Shown piece after piece: positions 20,671 through 29,045 of a stretch of 44,880 nucleotides of DNA. Under the pieces are notes generated by a model. It did no database searches and was not told the DNA's origin. It saw only the letters and a list, made by a program, of their open reading frames with translations. Made by a program: the position numbers and the translations under genes. Positions within the stretch are counted from its first letter, which is position 1. Each line of letters starts with the position of its first letter. The stretch is from a virus. Taxonomy: Duplodnaviria; Heunggongvirae; Uroviricota; Caudoviricetes. The DNA lies in the IMG/VR virus record IMGVR_UViG_3300043436_004750; one strand, written 5' to 3'.

Positions 20671-20750
20671 AGTACTGCAACTACTTAAAAAAAATATTAC
20701 GGAGATTTTAGAAGAACACCTTGTTGCAGAGGGCTTATTCTAATTTCTCC
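20671..20750 (+). ncRNA. kissing-loop leader element, copy A
   Basis: AGTA[CTGCAAC]TACT, then GGAGA-TT-TTAGAA..CCTT[GTTGCAG]AGGG..TTCTAA-TT-TCTCC; the two loops are complementary. Confidence 0.75.
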
Positions 20751-20764
20751 TTTTTTTATTTAAT

Positions 20765-21499
20765 ATGGTAGGAATTTATAAAATTACAAGTCCAAGTGGA
20801 AAAGTTTATATAGGGCAAAGTGTTGATTTGGAAAGAAGAAAATGTGAGTACTTATCACCAAGTAACAGTAAAAGTCAACGAAAGCTTCACAACTCAATAG
20901 TGAAATACGGTTTCTCTACTCATATCTTCGAGATAGTGGAAGAATGTGCTATCAAGGAATTGAACACCCGAGAGAGACACTGGCAGGATTTTTACAATGT
21001 ACTAGAGGAAGGACTAAACTGCAGACTAACAACTACATTAGATCGGTCAGGAAAGGTATCAAAGGAAACTGATAGAAAAAGATCGGAAAAGAAGAAAAAA
21101 CCGGTACTACAGTATTCGTTACAAGGTATTTTAATTAAGGAATGGAGCTCAATTAAAGAAGCAGGTCAAGCACTAGGTATACAGACAGGTAACATACCAG
21201 CATGCTGTAAAGAGAAAAAATTCTCAGTAGGAAAGTTTATTTGGAGATATAAAGCAAATACCGTAGAGCAAACAATAGAAGTAGGTAATAAAACACAGAC
21301 ATCCAGTAAAGTAGGTAGAATGTGGTCAGGAAGAAGTAAAAAACCTGTACTACAGTATACAAAAGAAGGTACTTTTGTTAAAGAGTGGAAATCAATAGTA
21401 GAAGCAGCAAAAAATTCAGCAATTAGAGAAACAGGTATAATAAATTGCTGTAAATACAGAATCAAAACATCAGGAGGGTTTATTTGGATATATAAATAA
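20765..21499 (+). CDS. GIY-YIG homing endonuclease with two NUMOD1-like domains
   Basis: GIYKITSPSGKVYIGQS; two KPVLQY...KEWxSIxEA...CC...FIWxY repeats. Confidence 0.9.
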   Translation: MVGIYKITSPSGKVYIGQSVDLERRKCEYLSPSNSKSQRKLHNSIVKYGFSTHIFEIVEECAIKELNTRERHWQDFYNVLEEGLNCRLTTTLDRSGKVSKETDRKRSEKKKKPVLQYSLQGILIKEWSSIKEAGQALGIQTGNIPACCKEKKFSVGKFIWRYKANTVEQTIEVGNKTQTSSKVGRMWSGRSKKPVLQYTKEGTFVKEWKSIVEAAKNSAIRETGIINCCKYRIKTSGGFIWIYK

Positions 21500-21533
21500 A
21501 ATTTACTATATTATATAAAATTAGTTATAGTAA

Positions 21534-22859
21534 ATGTTCTATATAGTAGAATCAGATCAGCAATTAGATATACTTAAAGGTTATAGTGAAAAAGGAGCAT
21601 ACATAAAAGTAATCTCCTCAAACGATAACTATCACCCTCTTCTTACAAAAACCATAGCAGTTTATCTACGACCATTAAATCATGAGGAAGGATATATTAT
21701 TCCTATAAATCACGATGAAGGACTTAATGTAGATAAAAACCGTATCTACGACATTTTAAAGCAATACAAAACACTTTATACCATAGATAAGAAAGAGTTG
21801 CTGTATCACTTTATATTGAAGGATGTTATAGATATATCCCTACTGTACTCAATGACAAACTACGATAGGTTGGAGTTAGGTAGGAATAACTCAACTTATA
21901 ACTGGTTCTATAGTAGATTGCATGACTTCAAAGAAGTAAATGCTTTGATTCCAATTTCAAAGTTATATGAAAAATGCGAAGAAGATTACCAAGCAGTATA
22001 TTCCATATTGCAATATGCAATACCAAACGGATTTGATTTCTACAACAAAACAGCAACATCTGTATTTTTTGCAATAGAGCACACAGGACTAAGAACAATT
22101 CATCAGCCATATATAGATTTATTCAAACCAAATAATCCTATATTCAATATGCAAGATAATATTGCATATACTTCGTATAACCTATATAATACAACCTCTC
22201 GTCCAACAAATGCTTTTAACTCAGTTAACTATGCTGCAATACCAAAAGCACCTGAATTCAGAAAAGCAATCATACCTCAGAACGATTACTTTGTAGCATA
22301 CGATTATGACGGTTATCATCTTAGGCTATTATGTGAACAAATAGGGTATAACTTAACAAACGAATCAGCACATGCGCAATTGGCTAGACTTTATTTTGGT
22401 AAAGATGAAATAGCTGAAGAAGATTATGCAAAAGCAAAACAAATTAACTTTCATGCAATTTATGGAAAGATTCCGCCTGAGTATGCTTTCCTAGAGGTTT
22501 TTGAAAAGATGGAAAGGTACACATCATTGCTGTGGAAGCAATTTAAAGAACAGGGATATGTACAGGATCCAATATCAGGTAAGAGGTTTACACAAGAACT
22601 GCCAGAAATGCATCCACAGAAGTTACTAAACTACCTTATGCAAAGTTTAGAGACAAGTAGAAATATTTTAATACTAAAAGAATTAATAAAGTACCTAGCA
22701 GGAAAGAAAACTAGAATAGCTCTGTATGTGTACGATGCAATAATATTTGACTTTAGCAAAGAGGATGGAAAAGAAACGTTGGAAGAAATTGAAAGAATAA
22801 TGGAATCGGAAGGAAGGTATCCGACAAAGGTAGAGTATGGAAAATCGTTAAATTTTTAA
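21534..22859 (+). CDS. DNA polymerase family A, compact form
   Basis: 441 aa; motif A DYDGYHLRL, motif B AKQINFHAIYG, motif C VYDAIIFD. Confidence 0.85.
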   Translation: MFYIVESDQQLDILKGYSEKGAYIKVISSNDNYHPLLTKTIAVYLRPLNHEEGYIIPINHDEGLNVDKNRIYDILKQYKTLYTIDKKELLYHFILKDVIDISLLYSMTNYDRLELGRNNSTYNWFYSRLHDFKEVNALIPISKLYEKCEEDYQAVYSILQYAIPNGFDFYNKTATSVFFAIEHTGLRTIHQPYIDLFKPNNPIFNMQDNIAYTSYNLYNTTSRPTNAFNSVNYAAIPKAPEFRKAIIPQNDYFVAYDYDGYHLRLLCEQIGYNLTNESAHAQLARLYFGKDEIAEEDYAKAKQINFHAIYGKIPPEYAFLEVFEKMERYTSLLWKQFKEQGYVQDPISGKRFTQELPEMHPQKLLNYLMQSLETSRNILILKELIKYLAGKKTRIALYVYDAIIFDFSKEDGKETLEEIERIMESEGRYPTKVEYGKSLNF

Positions 22860-22897
22860 CGGTTTGGGAAAAAACTTGCTATTTATATTAAATAGAA

Positions 22898-22976
22898 GGT
22901 ACTGGTCCTACCGATAAAAGCATTACGGAGATTTTAAAAAGACACTACGGACCAGGTAGTTATTTTTAATTTCTCC
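22898..22976 (+). ncRNA. kissing-loop leader element, copy B
   Basis: GGTA[CTGGTCC]TACC, then GGAGA-TT-TTAAAA..ACTAC[GGACCAG]GTAGT..TTTTAA-TT-TCTCC. Confidence 0.8.
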
Positions 22977-22990
22977 TTTTTTTATTTAAT

Positions 22991-23617
22991 ATGAATTACC
23001 AAAAAATCTATAATCAAATAATTGATCGAGCAAAGGATAGAGAATTAAACTGTTATAAAGAAAACCATCATATTATTCCAAGGTGTATGGGTGGAACTAA
23101 TATTAAGGACAACTTGGTAGCATTAACTGCAAGAGAGCACTTTATATCCCATTGGCTGCTAACCAGAATACATCCGGAAAATAAAAAACTGGTACGGGCC
23201 TTTTGGGGAATGTGCAATCAAAAAAATAAAGGTAGAGACTATAGAGTTGGTAGTAAAGCCTATGAAGAGTCCAAGACAGCATTTTCTAAAATCCAATCAG
23301 AAAAAATGTTAGGAAGTAATAATCCTCAATATAACAAGATACCATGGAATAAAGGAATACCAGCATCAGAGAGTTCAAATAAAAAGAGATCACAAGCACT
23401 ATCAGGTGAGAATCATTTTATGTTCGGAAAACACCATACGGAGGATACTATACAGAAACTTAAACGTCCAAAAACACAGGAGCATATAGAAGCAATGAAA
23501 GGACCTCGAAAACCTTACGGACCTCAAGTAAAAGTAATTTGCCCCCACTGTAACAAGCAAGGAGGCAATTCTATGAGAAGATGGCATTTTGAAAATTGTA
23601 AAAACATAGAGTTGTAA
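22991..23617 (+). CDS. HNH homing endonuclease with NUMOD3-like and C-terminal Zn-ribbon modules
   Basis: ENHHIIPRCMGG...LTAREHFISHWLL; C-terminal CPHCNKQGGNSMRRWHFENC. Confidence 0.85.
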   Translation: MNYQKIYNQIIDRAKDRELNCYKENHHIIPRCMGGTNIKDNLVALTAREHFISHWLLTRIHPENKKLVRAFWGMCNQKNKGRDYRVGSKAYEESKTAFSKIQSEKMLGSNNPQYNKIPWNKGIPASESSNKKRSQALSGENHFMFGKHHTEDTIQKLKRPKTQEHIEAMKGPRKPYGPQVKVICPHCNKQGGNSMRRWHFENCKNIEL

Positions 23618-23679
23618 AATAAGAATATTTTTCGTATATTAAATAAAAGTAGGTTAGTAAAAAAAAGTTATATTTATAC

Positions 23680-24135
23680 ATGATACAAGAAGCATTAGAA
23701 CTAAGAAAATTCGATTACGACATTGAATACGATTACAACCTACTAACCATGTCAAATAAACTATTTTGTACTTTCTCTTCAGAACAACAACTAGACGAGA
23801 TTTTAAGTACAATACAAAACAAATACGAGATCATTTATAACAAGATTTTTGTTCTTTATTCAAAGAGCCAAGATGAGTATATCTGTACATATAACGTAGA
23901 ATTTGGAAACGTATCCAATTTCTTAGATAATACAATCCTTGTGCACCGCAAAAAGGAGAGTAATTCTCTATATACAATCAATTCACTTAACAGATTGATT
24001 GAGTCCTTAAACGGAGGAGTCCTAGATGTAACCTATAAGATAAACTGGATGGATTATCAAAATTGTATACTACTAACAAAAGGAAACGAACTAAGACGAA
24101 TTAACACTAAACTTTTTCGTATTATAGAATTATAA
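23680..24135 (+). CDS. hypothetical protein
   Basis: 151 aa ORF; an alternative start at MSNKLFCTF is possible. Confidence 0.7.
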   Translation: MIQEALELRKFDYDIEYDYNLLTMSNKLFCTFSSEQQLDEILSTIQNKYEIIYNKIFVLYSKSQDEYICTYNVEFGNVSNFLDNTILVHRKKESNSLYTINSLNRLIESLNGGVLDVTYKINWMDYQNCILLTKGNELRRINTKLFRIIEL

Positions 24136-24139
24136 GTAA

Positions 24140-24418
24140 ATGGAATCATTTGATATAGCAAAATGGAAGAAGAACTTCCTAAATAAAAATATACAAGAGA
24201 AGTACCAAGTAGTATTTCACGACTATGGTGGAGATGATGTTCCTTATACTGAGCAGTTTTTTAATAGTGAAAGTGATGCTGAGGATTTTGTAATAGCTAA
24301 TGAGTGGGAAGAGGATGTACAGGATTGGGAAGGAAATTACAGCACAAGAACTCGATACTATAATCCACAACAAAATGAATCAGAATTTGGGTATCATATA
24401 GAAAAAGTGGCGGTTTAG
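24140..24418 (+). CDS. acidic hypothetical protein
   Basis: 92 aa ORF. Confidence 0.6.
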   Translation: MESFDIAKWKKNFLNKNIQEKYQVVFHDYGGDDVPYTEQFFNSESDAEDFVIANEWEEDVQDWEGNYSTRTRYYNPQQNESEFGYHIEKVAV

Positions 24419-24449
24419 GAAAAAAGTTGCTATTTATACTAAATAAGAA

Positions 24450-24528
24450 GGTACTCGTCCTACCGATAAAAACATTATGGAGATTTTAGAATGACACTAC
24501 GGACGAGGTAGTTATTTCTAATTTCTCC
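24450..24528 (+). ncRNA. kissing-loop leader element, copy C
   Basis: GGTA[CTCGTCC]TACC, then GGAGA-TT-TTAGAA..ACTAC[GGACGAG]GTAGT..TTCTAA-TT-TCTCC. Confidence 0.8.
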
Positions 24529-24542
24529 TTTTTTTATTTAAT

Positions 24543-25232
24543 ATGATAGGAATTTATAAAATAACAAATCCAAAAGGGAAAATTTACATAGGACAGAGTA
24601 CAAATATACAAAATAGATTTAAGCAGTACAAAAGTCCACATTTTAAAAAACAGTATAAGCTTTTTTATTCAATAGAAAAATATGGTTATAATTCACATGT
24701 ATTTGAAGTATTAGAAGAATGTGCTGAAAGTGTATTGAATATACGAGAAAGGTACTGGCAAGATTTCTATAATGTACTACAAGAGGGGTTGAATTTACAC
24801 TTAACAAAAACAGAGAGTAAACCAGCAAAGCATTCAGAAGAAACTAAGCAAAAAATTAAAGAAAGCTTAATTGGTAGAATAATGACAGACGAACATAAAA
24901 AACGTCTATCAATAGCTAGAATGGCACTACCTGAAGAAATTAGGAAAGCAGCAGGTCAGCATAAAAAAGGTTATAAAGAATCTACAGAGTCTAATAAGAA
25001 GAGATCGGAAAAGCTACTAGGAGCAGTCAGATCGGAAGAGACTAGGAATAAGATGAAAAAACCTAAGTCAAAGTCTCACAGTGAAAATATCTCAAAGGCA
25101 AAAAAGGGCTTAGAGAGTTTAATTAAAGGACGATTAGATCAAATAATAACCTGCCCCTACTGTAAAAAAGAAGGAGGAAATTCAGGAATGAAACGATGGC
25201 ATTTTGAAAAATGTTCAAAAAGAGAGTTGTAA
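24543..25232 (+). CDS. GIY-YIG homing endonuclease with NUMOD3 and Zn-ribbon modules
   Basis: GIYKITNPKGKIYIGQS; HSEETKQKI; CPYCKKEGGNSGMKRWHFEKC. Confidence 0.9.
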   Translation: MIGIYKITNPKGKIYIGQSTNIQNRFKQYKSPHFKKQYKLFYSIEKYGYNSHVFEVLEECAESVLNIRERYWQDFYNVLQEGLNLHLTKTESKPAKHSEETKQKIKESLIGRIMTDEHKKRLSIARMALPEEIRKAAGQHKKGYKESTESNKKRSEKLLGAVRSEETRNKMKKPKSKSHSENISKAKKGLESLIKGRLDQIITCPYCKKEGGNSGMKRWHFEKCSKREL

Positions 25233-25295
25233 AATCGAAAAAGGTTTCGTATATTATAATAAAGTAAAATAAAGTTAAATTAAAAAAAAGTTATT

Positions 25296-26147
25296 ATGGA
25301 TTTGAATGCAATTAAAAATAAGCTAGCAGCTTTAAACAGTGGTGGAAACCAGGACAGAGAAAAAGTAGACTTCGACAAGATCTACTGGAGACCGGCAAAC
25401 GGTAAAAGTACCATACGTATTGTTCCTTCAGCATTTAATGCTGCAGATCCTTTCACAGAAATCAAATTACACTATAATATAGGAAAGTTCCCTATGGTAT
25501 CTCTTTCTAATTATGGTAAACAAGATCCAATCGAAGAGTTTGTAAAAGAATTAAGAAAGACTTCTGATAAGGACAACTGGTCATTATCTGGAAAATTATC
25601 TCCTAAATCTAGATTCTTTGCTCCTGTTATTGTAAGAGGAGAAGAAGACAAAGGAGTTCGTCTTTGGTCATTCGGTATTAACATCTATAAAGCATTATTG
25701 GCTTTAGCAGAGGATGAAGATATTGGAGACTTTACAGATGTAATGAATGGATGGGATATGGTTGTTGAAACCACACCAGCAGCAGGACCAGGTCAATTCC
25801 CAACTACTACAGTTCGTATTAAACCTAAACAAACTCCATTATCAGACGATAACACCCAGGTTGATTTATGGTTAAAAGAACAACCAAATGCTTTAGAAGT
25901 ACAAACTCAGTACGACTATGAGTTTATCAAAAAGAAATTACAAGAGTACTTAAACCCAGGAGAGGAAGTAACATCTCCAGCTCCAGTAGCAGCAGAATCA
26001 ATCGCACCAGTTGCACCAGCACCAGTACAGGCAGAAGAAACTGACTTGGATAGAGCTTTAGGAAGCAATAAGACAGATTTCACTCTAGAGAATGCAACAG
26101 CAGGAAATAAGAGTACAGTTTCTAAATTTGACGATTTATTCAACTAA
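25296..26147 (+). CDS. gp32: single-stranded DNA-binding protein, T4 gp32-like
   Basis: 283 aa; WRP...TIRIVP N-terminus and acidic FDDLF tail. Confidence 0.8.
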   Translation: MDLNAIKNKLAALNSGGNQDREKVDFDKIYWRPANGKSTIRIVPSAFNAADPFTEIKLHYNIGKFPMVSLSNYGKQDPIEEFVKELRKTSDKDNWSLSGKLSPKSRFFAPVIVRGEEDKGVRLWSFGINIYKALLALAEDEDIGDFTDVMNGWDMVVETTPAAGPGQFPTTTVRIKPKQTPLSDDNTQVDLWLKEQPNALEVQTQYDYEFIKKKLQEYLNPGEEVTSPAPVAAESIAPVAPAPVQAEETDLDRALGSNKTDFTLENATAGNKSTVSKFDDLFN

Positions 26148-26149
26148 GA

Positions 26150-27223
26150 ATGGCAGCTAAAAAAGAAACAGCAAAAACCGCTAGCGAAATAATCAAAGGC
26201 GGTTTTAGTTTGAGCAACTTTAAAAAGAATAAAGGATTTAGCTCTCAATCTGTAAAGTTTAAAAGCCAAGACTGGATTCCAGTTTCAAAAGCCTTCCAAG
26301 ACATCGTCTCTTTACCAGGTATTCCAACAGGGCATATCACCTTACTAAGAGGGCATTCTGATACAGGAAAGACAACGCTTTTATTAGAAGCTGCTGTCTC
26401 TGCACAGAAAAGAGGTATACTACCAGTCTTTATTATTACTGAGATGAAATGGTCATGGCCACATGCTCAGACAATGGGGTTAGAAGTAGAAGAAGTGATC
26501 GATGAAGAGACAGGAGAGATTACTGACTATCAAGGATTTTTCTTATATGCTGATAGAGGTAGTTTAAATACTATTGAAGATGTAGCAGCGTATATTTTAG
26601 ATCTAATCGATGAACAAAAGAAAGGAAATCTTCCTTATGATTTATGCTTCTTCTGGGATTCAGTAGGATCCGTTCCATGTGAAATGTCTGTTAAATCCAA
26701 CAAAAACAACAATGAATGGGCAGCTGGTGCAATGTCTACACAATTTGGAAATAATGTAAATCAGAGGATAATGTTATCCAGAAAAGAGGGGAGTAAGTAC
26801 ACAAACACTTTAGTAGCTATCAACAAAGTGTGGACTGCTAAACCAGAACACATAATGGGGCAACCTCGATTAGAAAATAAAGGGGGAAAGGCAATGTGGT
26901 ACGATGCTACTGTTATTATAACCTTTGGAAACATTACAAATTCCGGTACTTCCAAAATCAAAGCAATTGCTAAAGGGAAAGAGTATGAATTTGCAAAAAA
27001 GACAAAAGTCCAAATTGAAAAAAATCACATAAATGGAATCCAATCAAGAGGACCTATCGTGATGACACAGCATGGATTTATAGCAGATGACAAGAAGGAG
27101 ATTGATACATATAAAGATGCACATAAGCACGAATGGGCCCACACCCTAGGATCAAACGAATTCTCAGTAGTAGTTGAAGCAGATATGGAGGAAGATCCGC
27201 TAAATAGAGAGATTATTGATTAA
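26150..27223 (+). CDS. uvsX: RecA/UvsX-like recombinase
   Basis: 357 aa; Walker A GHSDTGKT; FFWDSVGS Walker B region. Confidence 0.85.
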   Translation: MAAKKETAKTASEIIKGGFSLSNFKKNKGFSSQSVKFKSQDWIPVSKAFQDIVSLPGIPTGHITLLRGHSDTGKTTLLLEAAVSAQKRGILPVFIITEMKWSWPHAQTMGLEVEEVIDEETGEITDYQGFFLYADRGSLNTIEDVAAYILDLIDEQKKGNLPYDLCFFWDSVGSVPCEMSVKSNKNNNEWAAGAMSTQFGNNVNQRIMLSRKEGSKYTNTLVAINKVWTAKPEHIMGQPRLENKGGKAMWYDATVIITFGNITNSGTSKIKAIAKGKEYEFAKKTKVQIEKNHINGIQSRGPIVMTQHGFIADDKKEIDTYKDAHKHEWAHTLGSNEFSVVVEADMEEDPLNREIID

Positions 27224-27250
27224 TTTATAGAAAAGTTGACTATTTATGTA

Positions 27251-27335
27251 TGTAGTGTCGGAGCTACAAATGTAAATAAAATATCAACTAAAGCTATAGG
27301 CAAGTAGAGACTCCGACCTCGAAAGCCATAGCTTT
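27251..27335 (+). ncRNA. kissing-loop leader element, divergent copy D
   Basis: TGTAG[TGTCGGAG]CTACA, then AAAGCTAT-A-GGC..GAG[ACTCCGAC]CTC..GCC-ATAGCTTT. Confidence 0.7.
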
Positions 27336-27342
27336 TTTTATT

Positions 27343-27993
27343 ATGACAGGAATATATAAAATAACAAATCCTAATGGAAAGATTTACATTGGGCAAAGCG
27401 TTTGCATCGAAAGAAGAAAGGTTATTTATAAAAACGAAAAATGCAAACGACAACCTAAAGTGTACAATTCCATAAAGAAATATGGATTCTCCCAACACAT
27501 TTTTGAAATTATAGAAGAATGTACAGTTCAAGAACTAAATAAAAGAGAGAGGTATTGGCAAGACTTCTACGAAGTATTAGGAGAAAACGGATTGAACCTC
27601 AGCTTAACAAACTCAAACGATAAGTCAGGACACATATCAGAAGAAGTTAAAAAAGTAATCTCAGAAAAGCTAACAGGAAGAGAACGCTCTCAAGAACATT
27701 GTAACAATATTGGAAAAGCTAAAAAAGGAAAAGAGAGTTGGTGGAAAGGGCACATACGGACAGAAGAACACCAGAAGAACTTAACTGAATCACTAAAGGG
27801 AAAGTCCTCCTGGAGTAAAGGAAAAACAGGATGCTACTCAGAAGAAACGTACAAGAAGTGGTCTGAGAATAAGCAGGGAGATAAAAATCCAATGTACGGA
27901 AAGAAGCAGAAAGAAATTGAATGTCCGCATTGTAAAAAAGTAGGAGGAGTCAATGTAATGAAACGTTGGCATTTTCAAAATTGTAAGAAATAG
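27343..27993 (+). CDS. GIY-YIG homing endonuclease with NUMOD3 and Zn-ribbon modules
   Basis: GIYKITNPNGKIYIGQS; CPHCKKVGGVNVMKRWHFQNC. Confidence 0.9.
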   Translation: MTGIYKITNPNGKIYIGQSVCIERRKVIYKNEKCKRQPKVYNSIKKYGFSQHIFEIIEECTVQELNKRERYWQDFYEVLGENGLNLSLTNSNDKSGHISEEVKKVISEKLTGRERSQEHCNNIGKAKKGKESWWKGHIRTEEHQKNLTESLKGKSSWSKGKTGCYSEETYKKWSENKQGDKNPMYGKKQKEIECPHCKKVGGVNVMKRWHFQNCKK

Positions 27994-27999
27994 AAAGTT

Positions 28000-29025
28000 A
28001 TGGAAAAGAGTTATAGTGAAATCCTAAACGGATTAAAAAAGAAGCCTGATCGGAAGTTAAACGATCACGTACTTGTGATCGATAGCATGAATACCTTCAT
28101 ACGATCATTTGCTATGCTACAGTCAATGAACCCAAAGGGACACCATACGGGAGGATTAGTGGGTTTCTTGAGATCGTTAGGGTTCTTGATGAGGACAATT
28201 GACCCTACAAGAATCATTTGTGTGTTTGATGGACAAGCTTCTTCTTCAAGTAGAAAGAATATTGATTCTGAATACAAAGCAAATAGAAATATTAAGAGGA
28301 TTACCAATTGGGAATTGTTCGATGATAAAGATGATGAGTACGCATCAATGACCATGCAAATGCATAGGTTAGTGGAGTATTTACAATGTCTTCCTATTAC
28401 TTTGATTTCTATCGATAAAGTAGAAGCAGATGATACCATATCCTACCTAGCTCAGAAATTTGGAGCTAATGGTAAGAAAGTAACAATTGTTTCTTCTGAT
28501 AAGGATTTTTTACAGATAGTGGATGAAAATATAGAAGTATATTCCCCTATCAAGAAAAAAACCTATGGAAAAAAAGAGGTACTGGAAGAATTAGGTATGA
28601 TTTCTGAGAATTATTTAATTATGAAATCTCTATTAGGAGATAATTCAGATAACCTTACCGGTATAAAAGGACTAGGACCTAAAACACTTCTAAAAGAATT
28701 TCCAGGCATAGTAAATGATCCTTCATTTGAATTAAATGATATTCATAAAATTTGTACAGAAAAATTACAGACTAAGAAAATATTCGCACAAATATTATAT
28801 GATTGGGAAAAAGTAAAAACTAATTGGGAATTAATGAATCTTTTACAGCCGAGGTTGGGAGATTACGAAATAGTTCATATATTAGATAAGATAAAAGAGC
28901 CAACACCGGCATTACAAGTAGTTACTTTTTTAAACATGTTAGAGGCAGATCAAATCGAAGCTCTAAACAAAAACGTTGAAGGATGGCTTGAATTATTCAG
29001 ACCGCTTTCAACATATAAAAAATAA
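28000..29025 (+). CDS. 5'-3' exonuclease/flap endonuclease (T4 RNase H-like)
   Basis: IDSMN, CVFDG, EADD, SSDKD and GDNSDNLTGIKGLGPKT motifs. Confidence 0.9.
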   Translation: MEKSYSEILNGLKKKPDRKLNDHVLVIDSMNTFIRSFAMLQSMNPKGHHTGGLVGFLRSLGFLMRTIDPTRIICVFDGQASSSSRKNIDSEYKANRNIKRITNWELFDDKDDEYASMTMQMHRLVEYLQCLPITLISIDKVEADDTISYLAQKFGANGKKVTIVSSDKDFLQIVDENIEVYSPIKKKTYGKKEVLEELGMISENYLIMKSLLGDNSDNLTGIKGLGPKTLLKEFPGIVNDPSFELNDIHKICTEKLQTKKIFAQILYDWEKVKTNWELMNLLQPRLGDYEIVHILDKIKEPTPALQVVTFLNMLEADQIEALNKNVEGWLELFRPLSTYKK

Positions 29026-29045
29026 GTTATAATAAAATAAGTTAC

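Noticed and set aside
20701-24483. GGAGA in the leaders as a sequestered Shine-Dalgarno
   Set aside because: It lies about 60 nt upstream of the start codons, and other genes here lack SD sequences; treated as a structural helix.
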